In this document: positions 7,695 through 16,750 of the stretch, piece by piece | How the letters are laid out: every line of letters begins with the position of its first letter | Position numbering within the stretch: position 1 is the stretch's first letter | DNA from: a virus | Lineage: Duplodnaviria > Caudoviricetes | Length of the DNA: 28,976 nt | Strand: one strand, 5' to 3' | IMG/VR virus record: IMGVR_UViG_3300005512_000238 | Span: 1-28,976 of that record | Translations under genes and position numbers: made by a program | Notes under the pieces: model-generated | The model's input: the letters and a program-made list of their open reading frames with translations, nothing else | The model's database searches: none | What the model was told of the DNA's origin: nothing

Positions 7695-8107
7695 GCTTGG
7701 ATGTAATAGCTCAGGTTGCTGTAGCTGTTGCTGTTATAATTTGGATGCTCTAGCGTGTAACCACTGCCAAACCTGCCAGTGTAGCCGCGAATAATGCCGT
7801 CCGATTTGCGGCTGATGTAGCCACGGGTTAAGCTGGTATGGTGTAACGTGTAGCGGGCGCTGTGTTTTAAATCGCTGGGCGTTTGAATAAAGCGCTTCAG
7901 TTTGTTAGCTACATCTGCAAGGTTTTTACCGGTCCACAATGCGCGTGATGGTTTGCCCTTGTCGTCAGCGCTTGCGTATATGCGCACAGTGTCAAGATAT
8001 TTGCCGCTCATGCGGCTGTTGGTTTGGGTTAATACCATGCCGTGTTCTGCGGCTAGGGTTTTGAGTTCGTTGATTTTGGTAATGAGTTGCGTATTTAGAT
8101 AGTTCAT
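7691..8107 (-). CDS. Hypothetical early protein
   Basis: First ORF behind the strong promoter. The C-terminal LHHTSLTRGYISRK...GRFGSGY segment looks like a discrete domain of unknown function. Confidence 0.7.
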   Translation of the reverse strand: MNYLNTQLITKINELKTLAAEHGMVLTQTNSRMSGKYLDTVRIYASADDKGKPSRALWTGKNLADVANKLKRFIQTPSDLKHSARYTLHHTSLTRGYISRKSDGIIRGYTGRFGSGYTLEHPNYNSNSYSNLSYYIQA

Positions 8108-8150
8108 ATGGTTTTTACGTTTGTTTGTTTACGTTGCTGTCAACGGATGC

Positions 8151-8210
8151 AATGTCTCATGCGCATGTTCGTTTGTCAATACAAACAAGCAAGTTTTTTT
8201 CACTTTTTTT
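8151..8210 (-). promoter_or_regulatory. Sigma70-type early promoter
   Basis: On the minus strand TTGACA (8179-8174), a 17-bp spacer, then GACATT (8156-8151), with upstream A-tracts (UP element). The spacer contains the palindrome CATGCGCATG. Confidence 0.65.
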
Positions 8211-8222
8211 TGTGCTAGGAAA

Positions 8223-8519
8223 TTACCACTTTTTAAGAGGACACCCAAGCGCGGCCAAGGCGCTTTTAAACGCCAAAACACAGCCACATTGACGGCAGCG
8301 CTCAAACTGGGTGTTTGCGCTCTCGATGTGTTCGCACTCGCGGCAAATGGCTAACCGCCGCTCCCTCTCCTCCTTACTTGCAGTTTTCAGCCCTTTAGTC
8401 GCCAAAGTTTTGGCGCTCTCAATTAAATTTTTAGCCATCGCGGAAAAGCCTGGCATGTCACCAGGTTCGCGCTTTTTAAAACCAATGCGCTGTCGGCGTA
8501 GTTTAGCGCGGCGTGTCAT
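8223..8519 (-). CDS. Cys-rich basic protein (DUF6171-like)
   Basis: RLAICRECE...RCRQCGC..AFK.....GCPLKKW. Start at MTRRAK (8519) reduces the overlap with the upstream gene. Confidence 0.75.
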   Translation of the reverse strand: MTRRAKLRRQRIGFKKREPGDMPGFSAMAKNLIESAKTLATKGLKTASKEERERRLAICRECEHIESANTQFERCRQCGCVLAFKSALAALGCPLKKW

Positions 8520-8952
8520 AGACGCCTGTTGCCCCTGCTCTTCCATCATGTATGGTTGTGGTATGCAAATTGATTGTCGCGGTGGTGGTTGTGTTGCTGT
8601 AGGTGTTGGACACGTTACCGGTGCTAAGTTCGCTGTCAAGGACGCCTGTCGAGTTTACGTCCGCGCTCGTCAGCGCCGGCATGGTCACGCTATCAAAAAC
8701 GCCTGACGCTTCGCCGCCAGAGTCCCAAGCTGCTAGTTTGTAATCGTAATCATGCAGCGCCCCGCTCACGGTATAATTTGGAACGTAATCAACATGTGAA
8801 AACGTGCTGCTGTCGGCAGTATAAACTAACACATAGCCACCTGTGCCCGTGGCGCGGTAAATGCGGTATTCGGTCGCTACGCTCGAAGTCCACAAAAGCG
8901 TTACCTTGCCCAAGCTCGCGGTCGCGGTAAATGTTGAAGGGTTGGTGGCCAT
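8503..8952 (-). CDS. Fibronectin type III-like virion accessory protein
   Basis: P..FTATA...VTLLW.....EYRIYR......F..VD......YDYKLAA is an FN3 pattern. Confidence 0.65.
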   Translation of the reverse strand: MATNPSTFTATASLGKVTLLWTSSVATEYRIYRATGTGGYVLVYTADSSTFSHVDYVPNYTVSGALHDYDYKLAAWDSGGEASGVFDSVTMPALTSADVNSTGVLDSELSTGNVSNTYSNTTTTATINLHTTTIHDGRAGATGVYDTPR

Positions 8953-8953
8953 A

Positions 8954-11900
8954 TTATACTAGGGGCACCGTCACAAGCGCCTGGATGCTGTTTGCTGTTA
9001 TGTTGCGGTTATTGCCAGCGCCAAGATAAAAGCCGCCATCATACGTGTCCACATAATCACTTGCTGGCGGGTTGTCGGCTTCAAGAACTCCTCCGCTGCT
9101 TAACACGCATTCGGCTTCCCAATCGTCTGGTTCCTCGTCCCAGTCCCAGTAGTTACCATCGTGGACGTATTTGGCTTCAGTGCCATTGGATGCGCCGTCA
9201 ACGCCGTAGCCGCTGCCGCTCACCGTTTGCGTTTTTTCGGTGTCGTAAACTTGATACTCATCAATGCAGGAAAAGCCCAGGCTTGTGTTGGTCTCTACCA
9301 GCGTCCGCAGGTCATCGGGCAAGCTCTCTAACGCAAACATGACTAAACCGAACCGGTAATGCACATCTCGCCGTATGCATTCCAATACACAGTCCCCATT
9401 GCTGTCGGCTGAAATATAGCACTGCTTATACGCGTTTGCTGTTGGCGAAATGCTGGTGCGCCAGTTGGCATCGTAGCTTGTCAGCGTCCATGAAGCCGCG
9501 AAAATTTGCCCGTCTGCCCATACAGCGCCCGTGCTGCAATTGGGCGTGGTTTGGCTGTTAACTGCAATGGGTTCCTGGCTTATGTAATCGTAATGTTTGT
9601 ATTGGAAATCCACCGGCAAATAAATTCGCGCGCGGTTGAGTTTGTTGACTGCATTGACAATCTGGTTGAAATGGTCGGCGTATGCAAGCATTCCAGGAAG
9701 CGGCCCAAAACCTTTGAAAGCATCAGCGCGTTCTGTCGTTGGCAGCTCCCTGAAATGCGGTTTGCCATTGGCCGCCACCATTAGGTTTTCAAAAGTGTAA
9801 TCGTAAAGGCGCTTGTCGTAGCACTGGGTGCGTCCGTTGCTGTCAACATATTGCCGTTGCCCGTTACTGCTGGCTTCGTCAATAAAACCGCTACAAATAG
9901 CCCTCAAGACGCTCTCCAACCACGTCATTTCATCGCTGCTCATGAGCGTGTCGTTGGTCTGGTATGTGTTGTTGCCGTCCTCGTAAACCTTTGGGATAAG
10001 GCGCGTGAAATAAAACCGCGGCATACATGCGCCCTGAATGCTGCTACTGTCCCAACCGCTGCTTGAATTTGCGTCTGGTGCAAAGTCGCCGATGCGCTGC
10101 CCGCAGTCTGCGCCACCGTCTACCGTGTAGCGCAAGTATTCGACAACTGCGTTTTCGTGCGTGCGATAGCCGCCATTTGTGGCGCCTGTGCTGTCTGCTG
10201 TAATGTATGTGGTACGGCTGGCGCTTGTGTTTGCAATTGTGCCTGGCGCGTCCTCGTTGTATTCAAGGCGGCGGTCAAGCTCTACGCGCACCTGGTTGCT
10301 TCCCGCATCGCGCACGCTGACGACGCGGTAATCTGGTTCGTAAACTTTGCAACTTTTATAGTGCGCTTCAACGCCCGTGCAATCGCCCTCTTCCTGTAGT
10401 GTGTCGCAGTCGGTTCCATTGGCCGCTGTAATTAAGTTGCTCGTCGAGCTGTATGCGTCCGGTGGTTCGTGCGTGTTTAGCAAATAACGGTAGCCTGTGG
10501 GGTTTTCGCTGCGCTGCAAATAAGCGCCAGGATAAGGCGTGACAAATGGCAAAATTTCTTTGCCTGGCGGCGTTCCAGCGCCAGCGATGTTTGTCCAGTC
10601 ATCTGAAAACATTGCGCACCTGTCATGGCCCCATCCAATAACGTCGGTATAAGCGTCCGGTTTGTATGCGCTGCCGCTGGCGGCTTGATAGCTCATGCTC
10701 TGCATAAACATAGACCACCTGTTGTCATAGCCGCCTTCGGGTGCTGTATTGCGTATGCCTTCGTATTCAAAAACCGATTCTGTGCCCGCTGTTTTGGCGT
10801 AGGTTTTAACGCCAAAAACGCCAGTAAACTGAGCGCCTGTTGCTACGGTAGCGCCGTTGTAGGTGATGCTGGTGCCGCCGGTTACTGTGTATTCAACGCC
10901 GCTCTGTATGGCGCCGCTAACCACTGCGTCAGGTGATGGACCGATGCCTTCAAATTGGTCGGCATAAGACAAACCAAAAGCGCGACGGTTGAAATATAGA
11001 ATGCTTTTGTTGTTGCTAACCTCGTAGCCAACTAGACCGTGCCTGTCTACCATGCGCAAACGCTCCCGCACTTTTTCGGCAACGCTGCGATAAACTGGGT
11101 TTTTGTTAAGCGAAACTGTATCATCCTGAACATCTTCGCGGTTGCCGTTGTAAATCATGCCGTGGCGAAAATATGCATCAGATATATCTTTGGGTTGAGT
11201 TGTGCTAGTGCCTTCCGCGTCATTGGTAGAGTTGTCCGCGCTGGCGCAACGTAGCACCAAATAAGCGTCCTCGTTTTCTGGCAGGTATTCTAGCAGCTCG
11301 GCAATCTCAACATATGTTTCATCGGTGGCACCCATGCCACTAATGGTTTTAACTTTAACCTGGCCGCCTGCTGGCGCTTCAAACCATAGGCTTGCGCTGT
11401 CGTCGCCGTTGGCAATTGTGAGGCGCCCTATTTCGCTCCCGTCCACTTCAATTGCAAATTCTTTGTCGCCGCTTCCGGCTGTGCGAAAAGCCAAAACACC
11501 AGCCAAAACAAAACCGCTATGTATGTTGTAATATTGAAAGCCGCTAACAGGCAGGCTTCCGTAACTTCCAGCGCCGTACGCATTATTGAACTCAAAACGC
11601 TCATATGTCGCTTCTACTGTTCCGGTGCCATCGTCTTCTCCGTATGCTGGCGCCAAATAATATTGCCGCGTAAAAAACCCTTCAAAATCAAAAGCCTTGT
11701 CTTGCACTTTGTAGCCGCTGGCCGCTTGCTCTGCGGCAGTGCCTCGAAATGGCTCGATGAAATAGTTAAGCGCTAGTGCTAGTTGTTCGCCGTTTGGATG
11801 CTCAAGTGCGGCGTCGTCGAATTCACCATCGTAAGGCCCCTCCACATATTCGTCCGTTGGTAAATATGTTATTGTTCCATCCCAATTGAGCAGAACGTAG

Positions 11901-12631
11901 TTTCTGGCAGTGCGCCACCAAGAAAAAACAGCGCCAGCAACGCCTGGGCAAGTGGAATAACTGGTTGTTGTGCTGGTGGTGGTGTTCGTAAATTTTAGGC
12001 CGTAGCTTGGGAAGTCGGGCATGTCTGCGCATTGTCCAAGATATGCAGGTTTAGGCAAAAAGCCACCGTATGCGCGTTGGTACCACCTAAAAAAACCAAA
12101 AGTAAAATGGCCTCGCGCGGCTTGAAAAGCGTTGGCAAGCGACAGGTCGCTCGTGTTGGCGCCGTCAACAACTCCGCGCTGATAGCGCCCTATGTCCCAT
12201 TTTTCGGAATCGGTAGCTGGTGCGCCTGCTACGTTGTGCAGTAAGATACCTGTTTCGTCAACGCCATCCCAAGACAATCGCCCCGCTTCGCTTTTTATAT
12301 CTTGGTCGCTGTTGCCGAAAACGAATCCGTTGATTGGGTTGCCTAAAAATGCGCCTTCGGGGTCTCCTGCGCTTGCTGTTGGGAAGGTAGCCTCGTCTGG
12401 CTGCACATGCGCGTAGATTTTCCACCATTCATCTTCTGGCGCATACAGGAGGCCATTGTTTTGTCGTAGGTTGCGAAACAGGGAATGCCAAAAATAATGG
12501 ATACGATAGGAACAATCCCCGACGCCGCCAAGCAAGCGGTCGTTGAACGCGTCACAGAGTTTATTCCATTGGCTCGATGTTATCGCGGCGCCTTTTGCTA
12601 CGGTCGCCGCGCGTGTGTATTGTAGCGCCAT
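8954..12631 (-). CDS. Large (1225 aa) acidic, beta-rich putative virion/tail-tip protein
   Basis: Long G/T/S/D/Y-rich ORF in the late operon. No catalytic motif recognised. Confidence 0.7.
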   Translation of the reverse strand: MALQYTRAATVAKGAAITSSQWNKLCDAFNDRLLGGVGDCSYRIHYFWHSLFRNLRQNNGLLYAPEDEWWKIYAHVQPDEATFPTASAGDPEGAFLGNPINGFVFGNSDQDIKSEAGRLSWDGVDETGILLHNVAGAPATDSEKWDIGRYQRGVVDGANTSDLSLANAFQAARGHFTFGFFRWYQRAYGGFLPKPAYLGQCADMPDFPSYGLKFTNTTTSTTTSYSTCPGVAGAVFSWWRTARNYVLLNWDGTITYLPTDEYVEGPYDGEFDDAALEHPNGEQLALALNYFIEPFRGTAAEQAASGYKVQDKAFDFEGFFTRQYYLAPAYGEDDGTGTVEATYERFEFNNAYGAGSYGSLPVSGFQYYNIHSGFVLAGVLAFRTAGSGDKEFAIEVDGSEIGRLTIANGDDSASLWFEAPAGGQVKVKTISGMGATDETYVEIAELLEYLPENEDAYLVLRCASADNSTNDAEGTSTTQPKDISDAYFRHGMIYNGNREDVQDDTVSLNKNPVYRSVAEKVRERLRMVDRHGLVGYEVSNNKSILYFNRRAFGLSYADQFEGIGPSPDAVVSGAIQSGVEYTVTGGTSITYNGATVATGAQFTGVFGVKTYAKTAGTESVFEYEGIRNTAPEGGYDNRWSMFMQSMSYQAASGSAYKPDAYTDVIGWGHDRCAMFSDDWTNIAGAGTPPGKEILPFVTPYPGAYLQRSENPTGYRYLLNTHEPPDAYSSTSNLITAANGTDCDTLQEEGDCTGVEAHYKSCKVYEPDYRVVSVRDAGSNQVRVELDRRLEYNEDAPGTIANTSASRTTYITADSTGATNGGYRTHENAVVEYLRYTVDGGADCGQRIGDFAPDANSSSGWDSSSIQGACMPRFYFTRLIPKVYEDGNNTYQTNDTLMSSDEMTWLESVLRAICSGFIDEASSNGQRQYVDSNGRTQCYDKRLYDYTFENLMVAANGKPHFRELPTTERADAFKGFGPLPGMLAYADHFNQIVNAVNKLNRARIYLPVDFQYKHYDYISQEPIAVNSQTTPNCSTGAVWADGQIFAASWTLTSYDANWRTSISPTANAYKQCYISADSNGDCVLECIRRDVHYRFGLVMFALESLPDDLRTLVETNTSLGFSCIDEYQVYDTEKTQTVSGSGYGVDGASNGTEAKYVHDGNYWDWDEEPDDWEAECVLSSGGVLEADNPPASDYVDTYDGGFYLGAGNNRNITANSIQALVTVPLV

Positions 12632-12640
12632 AAGCGCAAT

Positions 12641-13036
12641 CTAGCTTATTGTGTAGCGTTTTACCACTTGCAAATGGGCGGCGCTGCTGGTGTTGGTTTC
12701 AACGTAAATGAAACCATCATCGTGTTTGTATCGGCTATCCAGGCTAACCAAATGGATTTGCCCAGCACCAACCGAAATAGTTTTGTCGGTAAACGTGACG
12801 CCCAAGGTTTGGTATTGTGCAGGCTCTGGTAGCAGTACCGTATAGGTGATGCTGCCGCCGCTGCTATTGTAAAGCAGCATCCAGCCCGCTTGCGAAAACT
12901 GAAACTTAACACCATTTCCGCTGCCGCTTGTCAAGATAGTGTATTCGGTCGCATCGGTCGCGTTTAATCCTTGGTTGCCGTAAGTGGCTGTTGAAAAGTC
13001 ACGAAAGATTGATGTAGAAATTTCTGAGGCTGCCAT
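12641..13036 (-). CDS. Putative virion structural protein (beta-sandwich-like)
   Basis: T/S/G-rich with alternating beta patterns. Tightly packed in the late operon. Confidence 0.6.
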   Translation of the reverse strand: MAASEISTSIFRDFSTATYGNQGLNATDATEYTILTSGSGNGVKFQFSQAGWMLLYNSSGGSITYTVLLPEPAQYQTLGVTFTDKTISVGAGQIHLVSLDSRYKHDDGFIYVETNTSSAAHLQVVKRYTIS

Positions 13037-13037
13037 A

Positions 13038-13481
13038 TTAAATTTTTTCTAGTATGCTTTTAATGAAAGCAAAAGTGCCGTTTGATTTTTGCTGTGTTTT
13101 TAAGCCGCTCACGATGTCGGCAATTTTTGCTTTGCCATTTGTTTTGTCCAGTGCGCGTTTGAATTGTTGACCAGCGTCCACCGCATCCACCGCGGCCTTC
13201 TTCCATTGGCGCCCGCGATAAGCGGCAAACGCTGCCAGAGCTGCAATAATGCCTTCGCTTAAAAAGCCGCCAGCGCCAGGGATTATGCTGCCAGTGATGC
13301 GCAAACCGTTTTCAACAGATGGCCGCACCACCCAATTGGTGGAAGTTATTTCTTTGCCGTCCACAATTTGCGTTTGCACGTCCTGCTCAAGCGCCCAGCC
13401 GGTGGCTTTTTCAAGTGTGCTGCACCCGCTCAAGGTGATAATTGCAGTGCATAAAAAGGCTAGTTCAATCCACTTTTTCAT
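13038..13481 (-). CDS. Lipoprotein with internal hydrophobic helix; spanin-like lysis protein
   Basis: MKKWIELAFLCTAIITLSG-C lipobox and a second hydrophobic segment GGFLSEGIIAALAAFAAYRGR. Overlaps the holin-like gene. Confidence 0.55.
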   Translation of the reverse strand: MKKWIELAFLCTAIITLSGCSTLEKATGWALEQDVQTQIVDGKEITSTNWVVRPSVENGLRITGSIIPGAGGFLSEGIIAALAAFAAYRGRQWKKAAVDAVDAGQQFKRALDKTNGKAKIADIVSGLKTQQKSNGTFAFIKSILEKI

Positions 13482-13653
13482 TTTCGTTTTTAAAATAATT
13501 TCGCGCCGCACTTGCAGCTTTAAACCCCATGTAAACCAGAGTGGCAAATGCGATGCCTAGCCGCAGCCACTCGTCAAGGGTGCTGCCGGTGACGGTAAAA
13601 CCTACCGCCCCGACAAGCGACACTTTCAAGTTTTCTGCCCACCCGTTTTGCAT
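13465..13653 (-). CDS. Putative holin
   Basis: 62 aa with two hydrophobic segments (VSLVGAVGFTVTG; LRLGIAFATLVYMGF) and a charged C-terminus. Follows the tail-fibre genes. Confidence 0.55.
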   Translation of the reverse strand: MQNGWAENLKVSLVGAVGFTVTGSTLDEWLRLGIAFATLVYMGFKAASAARNYFKNENEKVD

Positions 13654-13655
13654 TC

Positions 13656-13988
13656 TTACGCCCAAACTCTAGCGGGAGTGTTTGGCTCCGGGTCCACTTT
13701 GTATGCATCGAGAGATGCCGTGTCTTCCCCAACCGCGCGAATGTTGACATGGAAACCATCAACAAAAGTTGCTTCGGTGATAACTTCGCCCTCTTCATTT
13801 AGCACCGCTGGCGTGTCAACAATGAGTCCAATTATGTCCGTGTTGCGGAATAACTGCCGCTCCTCCCACGCTGTTGCCACTGGGTTTTCTGGGTCGCTTC
13901 GGTCCCATTCCGTTGGCACTTTTTCAAAAAGCACGGAGCGCATTTCAGCTTCGTCCGCGAATTTTAAGTATAGGTCTGTGAATGTCAT
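13656..13988 (-). CDS. Tail-fibre-associated protein (possible chaperone)
   Basis: Acidic 110 aa, DLYLKFADE...GFHVNIR...PNTPARVWA. Directly downstream of the RBP gene. Confidence 0.6.
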   Translation of the reverse strand: MTFTDLYLKFADEAEMRSVLFEKVPTEWDRSDPENPVATAWEERQLFRNTDIIGLIVDTPAVLNEEGEVITEATFVDGFHVNIRAVGEDTASLDAYKVDPEPNTPARVWA

Positions 13989-14012
13989 TTGATTCGTAGT
14001 CAGTTGTTATTG

Positions 14013-15785
14013 TTAGTCCACTAATGCCGCCAGCTCAGTGTCAGAAAGCGCGACTGAATACAAACTGAGTCGCTTTAAATTGCCGTTAAGCTGATATAGG
14101 TTTGCTGGGGACTGACCGATTTTTAAGCCAGTAAAAGCAGTCTCAACCGCACCACTATTTGTGCTACTAACTCCAGCAGAAAACTGAGCTTTAACATCTC
14201 CCGTGTCCCAGCGAATCGCGACTGTATCACTCCCAGCAGAACCACTGACAGTGGTTCCCGTTCCACCCACTTGATACCGCCAGTCATCGCTGGCTGATGC
14301 CGTGGTTGTGTTTTTGAATGCGTAAAAATTTTGGTCGCCACCGGTCAATGAGAATAGATACGGAATATACCCCGCACCAGCACCTGCTGGAGTCTCAATG
14401 ACAATGCTCATTGGTCCTCCAGTGTATCCAAAGTCAGCAGTAGCAACTGAGCAGGAGTCAGCAGAGCGGGTCACAGTCGAGCCAGAAGTCAGCAGCACTG
14501 AACTCGGTGCGGACCCCTCCTCAAATTGCAGTCCGTAAAAAAGCATTCCCGAATAATCGTCAGATTGAACATCCCCTCGACCAGTGTTGATGCGTAGTGT
14601 GGCAGTGCTAAGGTCGAGTGGCGCAGTAATACTTACACGAACCCAGCCATTGCCAACTGTTTCAAATGTATAGCTATCCGGTGCTATTCCGTAGGCACTT
14701 ACATACCCCGTGCTAAAGTTGAATTCAGCCCCGTAGGTGTTTCCGGATGCGATTCGCAACGAAAAACCAGTCGTCGTTCCAGTCGCTTTAAAATATCCAC
14801 TGAGCGTGTATTTTTTCGAAGTATCCAAACCCGAAACAGCCGTGTCAATCCGGTGCTGTGTGAGGCCACCCGTATCGGTGAGCAACGTAGCGTCCAGCAG
14901 TCCGCTCGGACTGACTGCTGCATTTTGAGACGCACTCAAATCGACCAGCGTCATCGAAAAAATGCCGCCTGAATTGTAGCCGTTATGACCGTAGGGGAGT
15001 AAATTGGTTGCACTCGCTTCAATCAGCAAACCCTCTGACTCACCATCAGCCGTGTATTCAAAGCGCGGCTCATTGGCAGAAGCTGTTTTTAACGTGGGAG
15101 CATATTCGCGATGTATTTGTCCGCTTGTTTCGTTGAGAACTGTCTCGCCAGTTGAGCTGACTTGGCAACCCCATATGTATGCGCCTTTAGTAGCGTCACC
15201 AGCATAAGTGGTCGAACCGCCCACTCTGAAGTAGGTCTGTAAAAAACCAGTTCCAGACCCAGTTGCCGTCACTGTCACTTGAAGCTTATACCAACCCGTA
15301 GAGCCAATTGCTGTGATGCTGTGACTGTCCGCAGACCCAGAAACGACCGTGCTGGTTACTGCCGTTAAGTCAAATACGACTGAGGCAATAGTCGATGTCG
15401 CTTGAGGAGACACAATAAAAGTGTCCCTCCCGTTGGCTTTTGCGTAAAGCGTGAAAGTGTAGCTCGCACCAGATACAGCAGCAAATTCTTCGTAAAAATC
15501 GTGAGTAGACGTTGCCGTGGTCTCCAGTAAACTAGATGCTGTTGAGGTTTCGTCTGGTGCTGTTATATTGGTAGCTGGGATTGTCAAGTTTCGCTTCGTC
15601 CAAACGCTTTGCGACAAATCATTTGAATACGGAATCAAATTTTCAGAACTCAAATGCCGCTCTGAGCTTAACGCCGTCCCCGTGCTGGAACGACTGTAGC
15701 TGATGCGCGAGTCGAGTTTGCCCGAATTCGCAAAGTCTAGGTTGAGCGTGGGGCGTTGGGTTGGAAATGAATTTGAATAGCTCAT
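14013..15785 (-). CDS. Tail fibre/receptor-binding protein with duplicated carbohydrate-binding-like domains
   Basis: PTLNLDFA..SRSSTGT, two NLxPY...YTxxxYxKAxG...GWxxxxxT...GxQ repeats, PRF, GLLIE.SATNL and TRSAD, all typical of aquatic phage fibres. Confidence 0.8.
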   Translation of the reverse strand: MSYSNSFPTQRPTLNLDFANSGKLDSRISYSRSSTGTALSSERHLSSENLIPYSNDLSQSVWTKRNLTIPATNITAPDETSTASSLLETTATSTHDFYEEFAAVSGASYTFTLYAKANGRDTFIVSPQATSTIASVVFDLTAVTSTVVSGSADSHSITAIGSTGWYKLQVTVTATGSGTGFLQTYFRVGGSTTYAGDATKGAYIWGCQVSSTGETVLNETSGQIHREYAPTLKTASANEPRFEYTADGESEGLLIEASATNLLPYGHNGYNSGGIFSMTLVDLSASQNAAVSPSGLLDATLLTDTGGLTQHRIDTAVSGLDTSKKYTLSGYFKATGTTTGFSLRIASGNTYGAEFNFSTGYVSAYGIAPDSYTFETVGNGWVRVSITAPLDLSTATLRINTGRGDVQSDDYSGMLFYGLQFEEGSAPSSVLLTSGSTVTRSADSCSVATADFGYTGGPMSIVIETPAGAGAGYIPYLFSLTGGDQNFYAFKNTTTASASDDWRYQVGGTGTTVSGSAGSDTVAIRWDTGDVKAQFSAGVSSTNSGAVETAFTGLKIGQSPANLYQLNGNLKRLSLYSVALSDTELAALVD

Positions 15786-15807
15786 ATGCGTTATGCGTTA
15801 TGCGTTA
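15785..15807. repeat. 7-bp tandem repeat (TATGCGT)x3 at a gene junction
   Basis: tatgcgt tatgcgt tatgcgt ta spans the stop of the upstream fibre gene and abuts the ATG of the RBP gene. Confidence 0.8.
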
Positions 15808-16463
15808 GTGTGGTAAGTAAAAGAGATGTAATATTCGTCATTCGCTTCGGGCGTGTGCCGAACTTGCACGTAGTCGTTCCCCTCTTCAAACGTGGCGTAA
15901 CCAGCGGTGAATGTCCCTGCTGAACTGTCAAGTATACCAACGCTCGCAAAACCGTTTCCGCTTGCGTTTCCAAAATCGCCAACTACATACGGAAGCGTGA
16001 ATCGCAGGTTATTGGTAGCACTGGTTGTTTGCACCATTAAGCGTCCAGTGACGCTGACAACTGGACCGTTTTTCACGCAATATAGCTTAGTATTGTTTGC
16101 GTAAAAATTCACAGCCACTCCACCAGCGTCCGTCCCAACGCTAGTATGCTCAGTGACGATACAGTCGTTTTCACGGAATGCGCCACTCCCCAAAAATCCA
16201 CAAAGCGGCACTTCGTTTGCACCTGTGCCTATGTCGGGGATTTGTAGGTTCGTTTTGGCCGTGTCTACGTTTGCAACATCGTCCAAGTTATTTGCCGCTA
16301 GCAAATCTCCAAGTCCGCCCTGCCCCGTGATGCCTAGCGTTGTGCGAATGTTTGATTTGTCAGCATCGCTGACTGGTTCGTTGTCCAGGAAGCGCAGAAT
16401 GCGCCCTTTGAGGCGGTATGCTGTACCGTCCTCCTTAAATGCCATGAATTTTTCTGTTCCCAT
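15798..16463 (-). CDS. Tail fibre protein (proximal/adaptor)
   Basis: GDLLAANNLDDVANVDTAKTNL and IGTGANEVPL..FLG motifs, with a C-terminal beta domain (KNGPVVSVTG, FTLPY). Confidence 0.75.
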   Translation of the reverse strand: MGTEKFMAFKEDGTAYRLKGRILRFLDNEPVSDADKSNIRTTLGITGQGGLGDLLAANNLDDVANVDTAKTNLQIPDIGTGANEVPLCGFLGSGAFRENDCIVTEHTSVGTDAGGVAVNFYANNTKLYCVKNGPVVSVTGRLMVQTTSATNNLRFTLPYVVGDFGNASGNGFASVGILDSSAGTFTAGYATFEEGNDYVQVRHTPEANDEYYISFTYHTNA

Positions 16464-16507
16464 AAAATATCTCCAAATTTAGTTTAGTGCTAACTAGAGC
16501 CTTCTAA

Positions 16508-16528
16508 TATATATATGCAAAATGTGTA
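16508..16528 (-). promoter_or_regulatory. Putative late promoter motif, copy 2
   Basis: Minus strand TACACATTTTGCATATATATA is 19/21 identical to 26315-26335. It lies in the gap upstream of the fibre/lysis genes. Confidence 0.6.
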
Positions 16529-16534
16529 TTTTTC

Positions 16535-16750
16535 TCACTGCCACCGCGCTGGCTGGTCTGTCGTCGGTGCTGCGCCGCCGCCACTTGTGCGGGCTAGTTT
16601 TGATGCGCGAATGTTTACGCCTTGGGGACTGTAGTCAATAAGCGTGCCGCTTGATTTTTGCGGCTGTAGAGCTTCAACAGCTTCCTGCAAAGCGCGAATT
16701 GAATCCAAAATGCCGCGCACTGAAAACTGGCTTAATCGTCGAAATCTCAT
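16535..16750 (-). CDS. Hypothetical tail-region protein (71 aa)
   Basis: ATGA-coupled to the upstream tail gene. Confidence 0.65.
   Translation of the reverse strand: MRFRRLSQFSVRGILDSIRALQEAVEALQPQKSSGTLIDYSPQGVNIRASKLARTSGGGAAPTTDQPARWQ

Noticed and set aside
8520-8639. Extended N-termini given by the ORF track (also 1155-1208, 6598-6648, 7137-7169, 13482-13547)
   Set aside because: They overlap upstream genes extensively, and downstream starts give sensible coupling and domain boundaries.
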